Source: an uncultured Gemmatimonadales bacterium
GTDB taxonomy: Bacteria > Gemmatimonadota > Gemmatimonadetes > Gemmatimonadales > Gemmatimonadaceae
Reading direction: 5' to 3'
NCBI GenBank assembly: GCA_963707505.1
Contig: CAVPQB010000006.1
Location: forward strand, 288,001-352,000
Length of the DNA: 64,000 nt
Part shown: positions 40,491-50,622 of the stretch, in pieces
Numbering within the stretch: the stretch's first letter is position 1
How the letters are laid out: the number at the start of each line of letters is the position of its first letter
The notes under the pieces: model-generated
What the model was told of the DNA's origin: nothing
Seen by the model: the letters and a program-made list of their open reading frames with translations, nothing else
Database searches by the model: none
Program-made: the position numbers and the translations under genes

Positions 40491-40829
40491 TCATATCACG
40501 TCTTCCTCGCTCGTGACGAGAAACTGCGTCTGATCCATGTCCGCGAAGATACGCTCGTCGGGAGCGACTATCGCCAGGTAATCTGGATCGGAGAAAAAAG
40601 CGTTCTTGTCCTCCACTGAATCGAACCAGAGCTCCGCTGTACCATCGTAGGCGGGATTGCCATCAGCGTATTCGGTGTCGAGGGTGTGTGCCTGTACATA
40701 GCGCCGGATATATCTCGACGTGGCGGAAATCGAGCGTACCTTCGCAGCGTGCTCGGTGCGCCAGTATCTGTGAAATTCTTCGGGCGACATGGTGGTATTA
40801 CGCTTTATGACGACAATCAACTTGATCAC
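40491..40829 (-). CDS. EthD-family protein
   Basis: EEFHRYWxxEHA, RYVQ, YDGTAELWF, DERIF. Confidence 0.85.
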   Translation of the reverse strand: MIKLIVVIKRNTTMSPEEFHRYWRTEHAAKVRSISATSRYIRRYVQAHTLDTEYADGNPAYDGTAELWFDSVEDKNAFFSDPDYLAIVAPDERIFADMDQTQFLVTSEEDVI

Positions 40830-42830
40830 TTACACTCCGTGTGACGGATACGATGCGATGCCTGATTCCAACACTTCGTCGGTCTGATGCGGTAGCCAGA
40901 GCGTGAATGTAGAGCCGTGTTGTGGCCGGCTTTCGACTGTGATGTCGCCGCCCATCATTCGGGCGAGATGACGACTGATCGAGAGACCCAAACCGGCACC
41001 ACTCTTCTGGCGCGTGTACGGATTACCGCTGTCCGCCTCGAGCTGTGTGAACGGTTGAAATAGCTTGTCGAGCTTCTCCTGATCGATCCCGATTCCGGTA
41101 TCCGCTACGCGTATCGCTACATACATCGAGTCGCGATCCATGATCGCGTTTGCGGCTACGGGCTTCGACAGTGAGCACGTGATCAGAATCTCGCCACCAG
41201 AATTGGTGAACTTCACGGCGTTGGAGAGAAGATTGGCCAGTGCCTGACGCACACCGCGCTCGTCACCTCTGTACGCCGATGCGGCAGGATCACTGGCGCT
41301 GATTACAATCCTGATATGCTTGGCCGTAGCCTGAGGCTCCACAAGCGCTACAGCGGCATCGATCGATGGTCGCGTCTCGACATGTGCTGTACGCATCTGC
41401 ATTGTGCCGGACTCGATCCTGGACAGGTCGAGCACGTCGTTGATCAGCGCAAGCAGGTGGCTGCTGCTGGTCCTGATGCGGCGCAGGTTCTCGTGCTGCT
41501 TGGCGTTGAGCGGGCCGGAAATGCCAAGGTCGAGAATATCAGCGTAACCAATGATGGCGTTGATCGGTGTTCTGATCTCATGAGACATCGTGGCGAGGAA
41601 GTTGGATTTCGCCTGGCTTGCGCTCACCGCCACTTCCCTTGCCTGATCCAGCTCATCCGCCAATCGGTGTGCTTCCTGAACCTGCCCCGCCAGTCGCGCC
41701 TGCGAAGCCGCGACTTCGCCAGCCATTTCGTTGAACGAGGTGCCGAGGCGTCCAACTTCGTCGGTATTCTGAACGGCAACGCGCGCAGAATAGTCTCCAC
41801 GCGCCATCGATGTGGCAGCACGTGTAAGATCGACAAGTGGTCCTACCGCACCGCGAATCAACAGCCATGATACGGCTGCTGCAGCGATCAGGAGCAGCGA
41901 GCTCAACAGTGTGAACCTCATGAGCATCGATTTCGCGGGAGCGACCACCGCTGCGTGCTCGACCTCCAGCACCAACATCCACGGCGTTCCGTCAATCGGA
42001 AGAGCAGTCGCGAGCACAGTACCGTGTTGCGCGTGCTCGTATGACACGACGCCAAGCGTATCTGTCGCGGTCGCCCGGAAAAGCGCCGGAGCATTGATTG
42101 GAGCAGCGGTCGGAATTCCGCCGATCGTGCTCCAGAACGCGCCGCTATCGTTGCGGAAATATGCAGCCGTGTGATCGCCGATCAATCCATTGATCTGCCG
42201 ATCGGCATTCGGACGGGATTTGATGCGTGCCTGTTCCGCGATCCAGCCAACACGCTTGCCGCCATCGAGCACCGCCACGGTCATCCAGTAGTAGACCTGA
42301 TTGTCGTGACTTGCGAAGAACGGCAGAAATTGCGCGTTGTTACCCTTCGGCATCGTGGTCTGCGGCACGCCATTTCCCGGAATTGGAAAGGACTGATGAG
42401 TATCGCCGATATTGCCCGGTGTCGCGGGAGGGCCACCAATACTATCAATCAGCTGCCCGTCCGCTGACCAGAGCTCTATTGCAAGCGTCGAGTCACCGGG
42501 GAGGACCAGCCGGTGCAGTGCAGCGTATGCCTCGGTGTGATTCGGTGCGCCGGCTGTCGTGCCAAGACGCGAAGTCGACGACGTGGCTGCGCGTCTGACA
42601 GCAGGCGATTCAGCGGTCTCGCGCAGTAATTTTGCGCGCTGAGTTACCGATAACGAGGACAGTGACGCAAGTTGCCGGGACGCTGTCTGAATGCGCGCAC
42701 CCGCCGCGAGCTCTGCAGATTGGCGAACCTCGCGATACGCCAGGCCCACAGAGGTTGCCAGTGTCGCGACGAGAACCGCAATGACGAGCAGTGGGAGCTT
42801 TCGCTCCAGGGACATATTCCGGATGGACAT
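40830..42830 (-). CDS. Sensor histidine kinase (2 TM, periplasmic domain, HAMP, HisKA, HATPase)
   Basis: DEVGRLGTSFNEM, SHEIRTP, NAVKFT, GAGLGL. Confidence 0.95.
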   Translation of the reverse strand: MSIRNMSLERKLPLLVIAVLVATLATSVGLAYREVRQSAELAAGARIQTASRQLASLSSLSVTQRAKLLRETAESPAVRRAATSSTSRLGTTAGAPNHTEAYAALHRLVLPGDSTLAIELWSADGQLIDSIGGPPATPGNIGDTHQSFPIPGNGVPQTTMPKGNNAQFLPFFASHDNQVYYWMTVAVLDGGKRVGWIAEQARIKSRPNADRQINGLIGDHTAAYFRNDSGAFWSTIGGIPTAAPINAPALFRATATDTLGVVSYEHAQHGTVLATALPIDGTPWMLVLEVEHAAVVAPAKSMLMRFTLLSSLLLIAAAAVSWLLIRGAVGPLVDLTRAATSMARGDYSARVAVQNTDEVGRLGTSFNEMAGEVAASQARLAGQVQEAHRLADELDQAREVAVSASQAKSNFLATMSHEIRTPINAIIGYADILDLGISGPLNAKQHENLRRIRTSSSHLLALINDVLDLSRIESGTMQMRTAHVETRPSIDAAVALVEPQATAKHIRIVISASDPAASAYRGDERGVRQALANLLSNAVKFTNSGGEILITCSLSKPVAANAIMDRDSMYVAIRVADTGIGIDQEKLDKLFQPFTQLEADSGNPYTRQKSGAGLGLSISRHLARMMGGDITVESRPQHGSTFTLWLPHQTDEVLESGIASYPSHGV

Positions 42831-42864
42831 GGCGGGGAGGATGAGAAGTTATCCCCCCTGCGTG

Positions 42865-43815
42865 TCATCCGGCAGTCGTCAGGCTGATGTCGCCATGTCC
42901 GGTTGACAGTCGTACGGAACGGCCGCCTGAGCCCAGAACTCCGTGCGCCGATCCGGTCCTCGAATGCCTGCCCTGATCGCTGATCGTGAGCGGAAAATTC
43001 GACGATACACTGCCTCGGCCCGTATGCAGATCCACGTCGCCGCTCAGCGCTTTCGGAGCAACGACGCTCACGTTGCCGTGCCCCGTCTCGAACATCATGT
43101 CGTTGGCGCCAACAGCTGCAGCTCCAGCCAGCTCCGCGATGATGTCGCCGTGGCCCGTGTTTGCGCGCACCGCCCCGACGCTGGATACGTGAATGTTACC
43201 GTGGCCGGTTCTGGCGGTGACCTGTTTCGCGGCGTTGACTATGTCCATATCGCCATGGCCCGTATTTGCGTCGATGGTGCCCGCGACGTTTCGGATCGAG
43301 ACACTGCCATGTCCACTGCGAGCGATGACGTCCGCGCCCGCGTCGGTGATGTGGAGATCGCCATGTCTGGTCGCCGCCTGAAGTGATACGCCGGCAGGCA
43401 GGAGCACGACGATGCGCATCGGTTGTGGGTGCCAATCATCATCGTCGGGAGAGGAGAGGTCGTTTGCGTTGCAGGTCGGCTTCTCATCAGAAATGGCGCA
43501 AATCACCACATCCGCCCCCTGGCGCTGAGTGACAAACCTCACTGGCTCGGTCGATCTACCGAACCAGACCCAACGATCCAAGCCCGGCTCCTTCGTGGCC
43601 TGAACATCGATGGTTTTTCCGGATGTCCGCCTCACCTCCACCGTGCCGGCAAGATTGCGTATTCGGAGCCAGCCGCCGTCAGTCACCGTTCCGCTCCACG
43701 CAAAATTCGCCGAAGTGTCGGCAGCGGGAGCGGCCGTCGTTAATGTTGAAGGGACGGTGGCGGAAAATCCGTGAAGGATGACCACGGATGCGGCAACAAT
43801 GGCGGTTTTCAGCAC
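42865..43815 (-). CDS. DUF4097 beta-strand-repeat exported protein
   Basis: Repeated (T/S)GHG(D/N/S)(I/V/M) units; GTG 43815 with AGGAG SD and signal peptide. Confidence 0.8.
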   Translation of the reverse strand: MLKTAIVAASVVILHGFSATVPSTLTTAAPAADTSANFAWSGTVTDGGWLRIRNLAGTVEVRRTSGKTIDVQATKEPGLDRWVWFGRSTEPVRFVTQRQGADVVICAISDEKPTCNANDLSSPDDDDWHPQPMRIVVLLPAGVSLQAATRHGDLHITDAGADVIARSGHGSVSIRNVAGTIDANTGHGDMDIVNAAKQVTARTGHGNIHVSSVGAVRANTGHGDIIAELAGAAAVGANDMMFETGHGNVSVVAPKALSGDVDLHTGRGSVSSNFPLTISDQGRHSRTGSAHGVLGSGGRSVRLSTGHGDISLTTAG

Positions 43816-43855
43816 GGGAGCTCCTGTGAAAGGGCCAGCAATAGCAGCTACGTGC

Positions 43856-44098
43856 ATTGGATGCAACGCGCGCCCGGATGGTTGCAAGGGAACAAAGTTC
43901 CGTTTTTGTGTTAACGAAACGAGCTTGGAGAGCGTCTAATTGGCGTTAAAGGACGGCTCCCGTCGTCGATTCAGTCAAAATGGCGCGACAGAATGGCAGT
44001 CGAAGAATCTTGGGAATATCGGCTAAGTCGTTGATACGTAACGCGTTAGCCGACTTTGTAAACGACAGGCAACCCGGCACGCGTGGTGCCTGTCTAAT
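43856..44098. promoter_or_regulatory. Three ECF-type promoters, AAC-N17-YRTCYAAT (two on +, one on -)
   Basis: +43913..43940 AAC-N17-CGTCTAAT; +44071..44098 AAC-N17-TGTCTAAT; -43886..43856 TGCAAC-N17-CATCCAAT. Confidence 0.65.
44024..44036. promoter_or_regulatory. IHF-consensus site
   Basis: TAAGTCGTTGATA matches YAANNNNTTGATW exactly. Confidence 0.4.
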
Positions 44099-44191
44099 AT
44101 CAGAGCGAAGCACCTGTCCGGAGGGACTTCGCATGGGCCGGCCAATCCCGACCCCACCCCGTTGAACAGTCGTCCCAAAAAAGGGGATTTT

Positions 44192-44845
44192 ATGGCCATT
44201 GCCGCTCGTAAGACCTTACCAGCACTCGCCCATGCCGAGCTCGTCGGATCGACGATCCGCGACAGACTTCGCACGGCTGAAGATTCCGAAGTCGTCTCGG
44301 CGTTCCTGAACGGCGAGGAGCGTGCATTCTCGGAGCTCGTGGAGCGCTATCAAACGCGTCTCCTGAATTTCATTTACCGGACGATCGGCGACAGGGAGAA
44401 AGCCGAGGATCTGGTGCAGGAAGTTTTCATCCGCGTGTACCGGCATCTGCACCGTTTCGACAGGTCGAAGAAGTTCTCGACGTGGGTCTATACCATTGCC
44501 TCCAACCTCGCCAAGAACGAGCTGCGGAACCGCTCACGCAATCCGCTGGTTCTGTTTCAGACGATCACCAAGAACTGGCAGGATGAAGAGCGTCCGCTGC
44601 AGTTCGAAGATCCTGGCAACCGGCCGGACGACCTGTTCCGGAAGCGCGACATCCGGGAAAAAGTCGAGGAAGCCGTGGGCCAGCTCCCGGAGCATCACCG
44701 GAACGTCTTCGTCCTACGGGAGCTCGAGGGGAAGTCGTATGAGGAGATCGCGGAGATAACTCACACGAACCTCGGAACCGTCAAGTCGCGCCTGAATCGG
44801 GCGCGAAACAGTTTCGCCGAGATAATCGGACCCTGGCTGGGCTAG
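44192..44845 (+). CDS. ECF sigma-70 factor (RpoE/SigW-like)
   Basis: AEDLVQEVF, FSTWVYTIA, SYEEIAE, GTVKSRLNRAR; AAGGGG SD before ATG 44192. Confidence 0.95.
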   Translation: MAIAARKTLPALAHAELVGSTIRDRLRTAEDSEVVSAFLNGEERAFSELVERYQTRLLNFIYRTIGDREKAEDLVQEVFIRVYRHLHRFDRSKKFSTWVYTIASNLAKNELRNRSRNPLVLFQTITKNWQDEERPLQFEDPGNRPDDLFRKRDIREKVEEAVGQLPEHHRNVFVLRELEGKSYEEIAEITHTNLGTVKSRLNRARNSFAEIIGPWLG

Positions 44846-44864
44846 AAGGGCCTGCGTGGGTGAG

Positions 44865-44904
44865 AAACGCGTGACCAGGGATACTGGTCACGCGTTTTCT
44901 GTTT
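44865..44904 (+). terminator. Intrinsic terminator after the ECF sigma gene
   Basis: 14-bp stem AAACGCGTGACCAG / CTGGTCACGCGTTT, 5-nt loop, T-rich tail. Confidence 0.75.
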
Positions 44905-44921
44905 GGGGATCCATCGGCACC

Positions 44922-45027
44922 TCGTCATTCCCGCGGAAGCGGGAATCCATCTGCTGCCGACCCGCTCCCCGCTTTCATCGCATCCAGAGATCGCTAACAT
45001 GGATTCCCGCTTTCGCGGGAATGACGA
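44922..45027. repeat. REPIN/MITE-like element: inverted CGTCATTCCCGC..GCGGGAATCCAT REP units
   Basis: Terminal inverted repeats; second full copy at 61798. Confidence 0.85.
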
Positions 45028-45098
45028 TATCCGGACTTCCTGCCTGGCCGGTCGATTGGCCGGGAACTATTATTGACGCCGCCCGGTATCCTTATTCG

Positions 45099-45611
45099 AT
45101 GCGCTGTTCAGAGTTCAAAGATCTTCACTGCTCCTTCGTAGACGACACCCTGGCAGGGGTCGAGCTGGTACGCATGCAGAGTCACATCGCTGAGTGCGCC
45201 GACTGTGCTCGTCTGGATGCCAGTGTGCGGCGCTCGCTCATGCTCGTGCACAATCTTGCACCGATCGAGCCCTCTGCGGACTTTGCGTTCCGGCTCAATG
45301 CGCGGCTGAGAGAATGCCGGCTGAACCAGGCTACCGCATCCGGGGGACGATTCCGAACAGTAGCGGCGATTGGGGCAATCGCATCGTTGATAATGCTGGG
45401 TTACGTGGCTGAAACGATGAGAGTGGCGGAGCAACAGCGGGCACTGCCGGAGATCGTGCTGCCACCCGCAGTGGCGATGGCGATTCCACCGGATACCACG
45501 CCAGTGCCTTCGATAGTTGCGTCGGTTTCTGCTGGAATGCCGATCTGGCCGGCTGCGTTGCTGGTGGAACAGGGCGGTCTTCAGACCGTGAGCTACACGC
45601 AACCGCGATAG
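45099..45611 (+). CDS. Zinc-binding (ZAS/zf-HC2) anti-sigma factor
   Basis: MRC start, HIAECADC (HxxxCxxC), one TM; downstream of the ECF sigma. Confidence 0.85.
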   Translation: MRCSEFKDLHCSFVDDTLAGVELVRMQSHIAECADCARLDASVRRSLMLVHNLAPIEPSADFAFRLNARLRECRLNQATASGGRFRTVAAIGAIASLIMLGYVAETMRVAEQQRALPEIVLPPAVAMAIPPDTTPVPSIVASVSAGMPIWPAALLVEQGGLQTVSYTQPR

Positions 45612-45640
45612 TCTTCGCTCCGCGAAATTAGATTTTGGGC

Positions 45641-46699
45641 ATGGCAACCGACGCTGCCCTCAAGACGCTCCGTGACGCCGTGAAAAAACGGCAGTTTGAC
45701 GGGGCGTATTACGTTTACGGGGACGATGAGTACCAGAAGAACGAAGCGGTGAAACAGCTCGTCGCCGCTGCGGTCGATCCGGCAACGCGCGACTTCAATC
45801 TGGATACGCGTCGCGCCGCTGATCTGGATGCCGAATCACTTGGATCGCTGCTCGACACGCCACCGATGATGGCTGAGCGGAGGGTCGCGATAATTCGCGA
45901 GGTCGGAGCGCTCAGGAAGGACGCGCGCAGCGCGCTCGACAGATATCTCAAGCATCCGTCGCACGAGACACTGGTCTTGCTCGTAGCGGCTCCCGGTGCC
46001 AAGGTAGACAAGGCTCTACAGATGTCGACCACGCCGATGGAATTCAGTCCACTCGACGGCAGCCGCGTTTCGAAGTGGATTGCGCATCACGCCAAATCAG
46101 AACTTGGCGTCGAGATAGCGGAATCAGCGGCGGATCTGTTGCACGAAGCAGTGGGCAATGATCTGTATCAACTGGCATCGGAGCTGGACAAGCTCGCCAG
46201 CTATACCAATGGTGCGGCGATCACTGAAGATGCGATCGGCGCGGCCGTAGGAATTCGGCGTGGGGAAACCGTCTCCGATTTTCTCGACAAGGTGTTGCAA
46301 CGGGATGCGACCGGAGCGCTCAATCTTATCCCGCACGTTCTGTCGCAGCCCAAGACGAGCGGGGTAAGCGTCGTCATGGCGCTGTCGACCCAGATGTTGG
46401 CGCTCGCGTGGGGTCGGTGCCGGCTGGATTCCGGACTGCCGGCGGGGCGACTGGAAGGCGAGTATTTTCAGCTGCTCAAGTCGACCGGGGCCTATCCTGG
46501 CCGCCCGTGGGGTGGGGCTGCACGCGCCTGGGCGATGGCGGCTCGGGAGTGGAAGACATCTGAGTGCGACAGGGCAGTGACCGCGCTTCTGGCGGCGGAT
46601 GTCGCGCTCAAGGAGTCACGTGTATCATCCGAAAACCAGATCCTTGCGACGACGGTTCTTGCCATCTGTGCGGCATCTGGTCGTCGCCGAGCAGCATAG
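45641..46699 (+). CDS. holA: DNA polymerase III delta subunit
   Basis: YYVYGDDEY, DFNLD, TPPMMAERRV, ELDKL, ADVALK. Confidence 0.9.
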   Translation: MATDAALKTLRDAVKKRQFDGAYYVYGDDEYQKNEAVKQLVAAAVDPATRDFNLDTRRAADLDAESLGSLLDTPPMMAERRVAIIREVGALRKDARSALDRYLKHPSHETLVLLVAAPGAKVDKALQMSTTPMEFSPLDGSRVSKWIAHHAKSELGVEIAESAADLLHEAVGNDLYQLASELDKLASYTNGAAITEDAIGAAVGIRRGETVSDFLDKVLQRDATGALNLIPHVLSQPKTSGVSVVMALSTQMLALAWGRCRLDSGLPAGRLEGEYFQLLKSTGAYPGRPWGGAARAWAMAAREWKTSECDRAVTALLAADVALKESRVSSENQILATTVLAICAASGRRRAA

Positions 46700-46755
46700 A
46701 TTCGCGGCAGAATCCGCGACAGTAATACGCCACATTAGAAGCATTCTCGCGACAA

Positions 46756-48020
46756 ATGAGCCAAATCATGGATTTCACGAATTTCTGCAGAGTTTCGTTT
46801 ATGAGGCGCGGGACGCCACGGATGGGGCTGGGGGCGGCATTCCTGAGGCGCGGATGCATCTGCGCCCTACAAATCGGTCTCGCGCTGCCGGTTGTAGTTG
46901 GAGCGCAGTCAGCCAGGGACTCTACGCTGTACCTTCGAGCTCAGCAGATGGTGGCGAACGGCGATGCTGCTGGTGGGCGCAGGCTGGTTGATTCGGTCGC
47001 CAGTGCCGCGCCTGCCGGGACTCCGGCGTACGCCGAGGGGCTTTACTGGCGCGCCACGCTGGCTGCGAATGCGAGGGATTCGGAGCAGGCGTACAGACAG
47101 ATCATCGTGGACTATCCGCTCTCCGGTAGGGTGCCCGACGCGTTGCTTCGGATCGGTCAACTGGAGTCGGCGCGTGGTGAGAATGCGGCGGCGCTGCAAC
47201 ACTTTCAGCGACTCGTACTGGAGCATCCGCAGAGTCCACTGCATGCGGAAGCGAGCTACTGGGTGGCGAGGATGTACTTCGATGCGAACGACGCTCCGCG
47301 TGCATGCGCGGCCAACAGTGACGCAATGGCGAGTGCGCCGGCGTCCAACGTGGAGCTCAAGAATCGCATCGATTTTCAGCAGCAGCGTTGCAGAGGTGTA
47401 ACGCTCGCAACGAATGCGCCTCCAACGCCGGTATCCGTCCCGGTGAAGAATGTGCCGGTTGTGAATTCACCGAAGCCGCCGGTCAAGCCTGCTCCGAAAG
47501 TTGCGGCAACCATCAAGGAAGCTCCGAAGAATACTGTTCCGGAACGTCACGATACGATCGCGAAGGAAGCGCCGGCGGCGGTTGCGCCGACTGCGCCACG
47601 TGAAACAGCGAGTGTTGCAGCGACATCGGGTAGTACTACAAGTACGGGCAACGGTGTTGTTTCCCGTCCTCCAACGAAAGAAGAGGTCGATCGCGCGCTC
47701 GCATCGGCTGCGCAATCGAAGCTGTTGAAGAAGACACCAGCGGCAGCAACGCCGACGAAACAACAGCCGCGAAACCAGCCGCAGAGTCACCGAGCACATC
47801 GAGCGGTCGGTACGCGGTTCAGATTGCAGCGTTCCGTACCAAGGCACCGGCGACTCAGCTGGCCACGGAGCTGCATGGACGCGGCTACGAAGCTTACGTC
47901 GATGGCGCGAATGCGCCGTATCGTGTGCGTATCGGACACTACACGACGCATGCGGCGGCAGCTCAGGAGCTCGTGAAGCTGAAAGCCAGGCACATAGACG
48001 GGTTCGTGGCAGAGAGATAG
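46756..48020 (+). CDS. TPR + Pro/Ala linker + SPOR-domain protein; apparent frameshift near 47760 (missing A)
   Basis: TPR (DALLRIG, HPQSP); alternative frame gives YAVQIAAF, YRVRIGHY, GFVAER* ending at 48020; start uncertain. Confidence 0.85.
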
Positions 48021-48024
48021 GCGC

Positions 48025-50622
48025 GTGGCCAAGCCCGTGGCCACGCCACTCATGCAGCAGTACCGGGAAATCAAGGCCAGACATCCCGGCACCATCCTGT
48101 TCTTCAGAATGGGCGACTTCTACGAGACCTTTTACGAAGACGCAGAACTGATCTCGCGCGTCCTGGGCCTCACGCTCACGTCGCGGAACAACGGCGGGGC
48201 GTCGCAGGTTCCGCTTGCTGGTGTGCCGGTGAAGGCTGGTCCGGAATACGTGCGCAGGTTGGTGCAGCTGGGCCATCGCGTTTCCATCTGCGAGCAGGTC
48301 GAAGATCCCAAAACGGCGAAGGGCGTCGTGCGTCGTGAAGTTGTCGAGACCATTACGCCCGGCGCTGCATTCTCGGACGAGCTGCTGGATGGATCGCGCA
48401 ACAACTTCCTCTGCGCGATGGCGGCCGGCGTAAAGGGCGATGCGTCACGAGCGGGAATTGCGGCACTGGATCTCTCGACTGGTGAGCTGCGACTGATCGT
48501 CGTCGCTGGAGCGGAGATCGAAGCGGCGCTGGCGCGATTCTCTCCGCGCGAGATGGTCATTCCAGAAGACATGGCTGCGGGAGCCAACACGATTCTCGAT
48601 TCGATACTCGTGTCACATCGTCCTGCGTGGGAGTTCGACGCGGCGATGGCGCGCGAGGATCTGCAGCGTCAGTTCGGTGTGCGCTCGCTGGACGGATTCG
48701 GCGTGGAGTCGTCGGACGACATTGCGGTGGGAGCAGCGGGTGCGCTGTTGCGCTACGTGCGCGAGCTGCAACCTGGTGGAGTTCCACATCTCCGGCCGCC
48801 GGTGATCGAGCGCTCGGGCGGCACGATGCCGCTGGACGAGATGACTCGCCGGAATCTCGAGCTCACCGAATCATTGCGTGGCGGCGCGGGTCAGGAAGGA
48901 ACCCTGATCAGCGTGCTGGATCGCACGCTCACTCCAATGGGTGCGCGACTGCTGCGTCAGTGGGTCCTTGCACCGCTCACGCAGGTGGACCGCATAGAAT
49001 CGCGTCTCGATGCCGTCGCCGCGTTCGCATCCGATGCGATGACTCGAGCAACGATGCGCGCGGCACTGGATGGCGTGCGCGACGTCGAGCGACTTGCAGC
49101 CAAAGTCGCGGCAAGTCGCATCACTCCACGCGAACTGCGTGCGCTCGGCGATTCCATCGCACGATTGCCGGATGTCGAGAATGCCGCGCGTCGAATCAGT
49201 GGCGATGCGTTGCAAACGATTCTCCAAAGCTGGGATGCGTGCAGGGAGCTGGGAGACGACATCATCAACCTGCTGGTCGAGCGTCCGCCGATTGCGCTGG
49301 GCGAAGATCCAACTGTTCGCGCAGGCTTCGACGATGATCTGGATGAGCTGCGCTCGTTGCGCGATGGAGGCAAGGACGGAATTGCGCGCATCCAGAGCGA
49401 GGAGCGTGCACGCACGGGAATCAATTCGCTCAAGGTCGGCTACAACCGTGTGTTCGGTTACTACATAGAAGTGAGTAACACGCACGGCCACAAGATTCCG
49501 GACGACTACCAACGCCGCCAAACGCTCACTGGTGCGGAGCGGTACGTGACGCCGGCGCTCAAGGAATACGAAGAACATGTTCTCACGGCTGCCGACCGGA
49601 TCGAGTCGCGCGAACGTGCGTTGTTCGAAGCATTGCGCGGACGGATAGCGCGGGAAGTTTCGCGCTTGCAGTGCGCTGCGCGTGTACTCGCCGAGCTCGA
49701 TGTACTGTCGACGTTCGGTGAGGTCGCGGAGATCGAGGCATATGTACGACCGCGACTCGATGACGGATTCGATCTCCGTATAGAAGGTGGAAGACATCCG
49801 GTGGTGGAGCGGATGATGCCGCGTGAGAAGTTCATCCCGAACGATGTGACGCTCACGGGCGATGCGCGGGTGATAATTCTCACTGGCCCCAACATGGCCG
49901 GCAAGTCGACCATCCTGCGTCAGATCGGCCTCATCGTACTCATGGCGCAGATAGGCAGTTTCGTTCCGGCGCGGTCGGCGGGAATCGGAGTGGTCGACAG
50001 ATTGTTCACGCGCGTCGGCGCGAGCGACAATCTCGTGCGCGGTCAATCCACCTTCATGGTCGAGATGAGCGAGACGAGCGCGATCCTGCACTCGGCCACC
50101 TCCAGATCACTGGTCCTGCTGGACGAGATCGGGCGTGGCACTTCGACGTACGATGGTGTATCCATAGCATGGGCGGTGACCGAGCACATTCACGATGAGC
50201 TCGGTTGCAAGACCGTATTCGCCACGCATTACCATGAGCTGACACAGTTGTCGGACGAGCTCGCGGCAGTCCGGAACTTCAACGTGCGCGTGCGGGAGGT
50301 GGGGGAGGAGATTCTCTTCCTGCACACGCTGGAGCCGGGTGGTGCGGATCGTTCGTACGGAATCGAGGTCGGGCGTCTGGCTGGTCTGCCGCGTCCGGTA
50401 TTGAAACGCGCGCGGACGCTGTTGCGTCAATTGGAGGGAGACCACCGGATGCCACCGCGTGAGCGGCCGGGTGACGAAATGGCGGGCCAACTCGCATTAT
50501 TCGGATCGGAGCCGGACCCTATCATGGAAGAGCTGAGAGGGATCGACCCAAACACCATGACACCGTTGCAAGCGCTCGACACACTCGCGCGACTGGTTTC
50601 GGATGCTCAGCAAAAGACGTGA
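48025..50622 (+). CDS. mutS: DNA mismatch repair protein MutS
   Basis: TPLMQQY, FRMGDFYE, TGPNMAGKST, STFMVEM, DEIGRGT, C-terminal QLALF. Confidence 0.99.
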   Translation: MAKPVATPLMQQYREIKARHPGTILFFRMGDFYETFYEDAELISRVLGLTLTSRNNGGASQVPLAGVPVKAGPEYVRRLVQLGHRVSICEQVEDPKTAKGVVRREVVETITPGAAFSDELLDGSRNNFLCAMAAGVKGDASRAGIAALDLSTGELRLIVVAGAEIEAALARFSPREMVIPEDMAAGANTILDSILVSHRPAWEFDAAMAREDLQRQFGVRSLDGFGVESSDDIAVGAAGALLRYVRELQPGGVPHLRPPVIERSGGTMPLDEMTRRNLELTESLRGGAGQEGTLISVLDRTLTPMGARLLRQWVLAPLTQVDRIESRLDAVAAFASDAMTRATMRAALDGVRDVERLAAKVAASRITPRELRALGDSIARLPDVENAARRISGDALQTILQSWDACRELGDDIINLLVERPPIALGEDPTVRAGFDDDLDELRSLRDGGKDGIARIQSEERARTGINSLKVGYNRVFGYYIEVSNTHGHKIPDDYQRRQTLTGAERYVTPALKEYEEHVLTAADRIESRERALFEALRGRIAREVSRLQCAARVLAELDVLSTFGEVAEIEAYVRPRLDDGFDLRIEGGRHPVVERMMPREKFIPNDVTLTGDARVIILTGPNMAGKSTILRQIGLIVLMAQIGSFVPARSAGIGVVDRLFTRVGASDNLVRGQSTFMVEMSETSAILHSATSRSLVLLDEIGRGTSTYDGVSIAWAVTEHIHDELGCKTVFATHYHELTQLSDELAAVRNFNVRVREVGEEILFLHTLEPGGADRSYGIEVGRLAGLPRPVLKRARTLLRQLEGDHRMPPRERPGDEMAGQLALFGSEPDPIMEELRGIDPNTMTPLQALDTLARLVSDAQQKT

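Noticed and set aside
44074..44090. Sigma54-like GG-N10-GC (CGGCACGCGTGGTGC) downstream of an IHF site
   Set aside because: Weak -12 element, and it coincides with the spacer of the better-supported ECF motif seen three times; not fully excluded
44856..45098. N-terminal extension of the anti-sigma ORF (likewise 61753-61803 for TMEM175)
   Set aside because: Translates terminator/REP DNA; better starts at 45099 and 61752
48871..50091. Long antisense ORFs (406 aa opposite mutS, 280 aa opposite dnaA, 349 aa opposite the MFS gene)
   Set aside because: Expected shadows of GC-rich codon usage; no recognisable motifs
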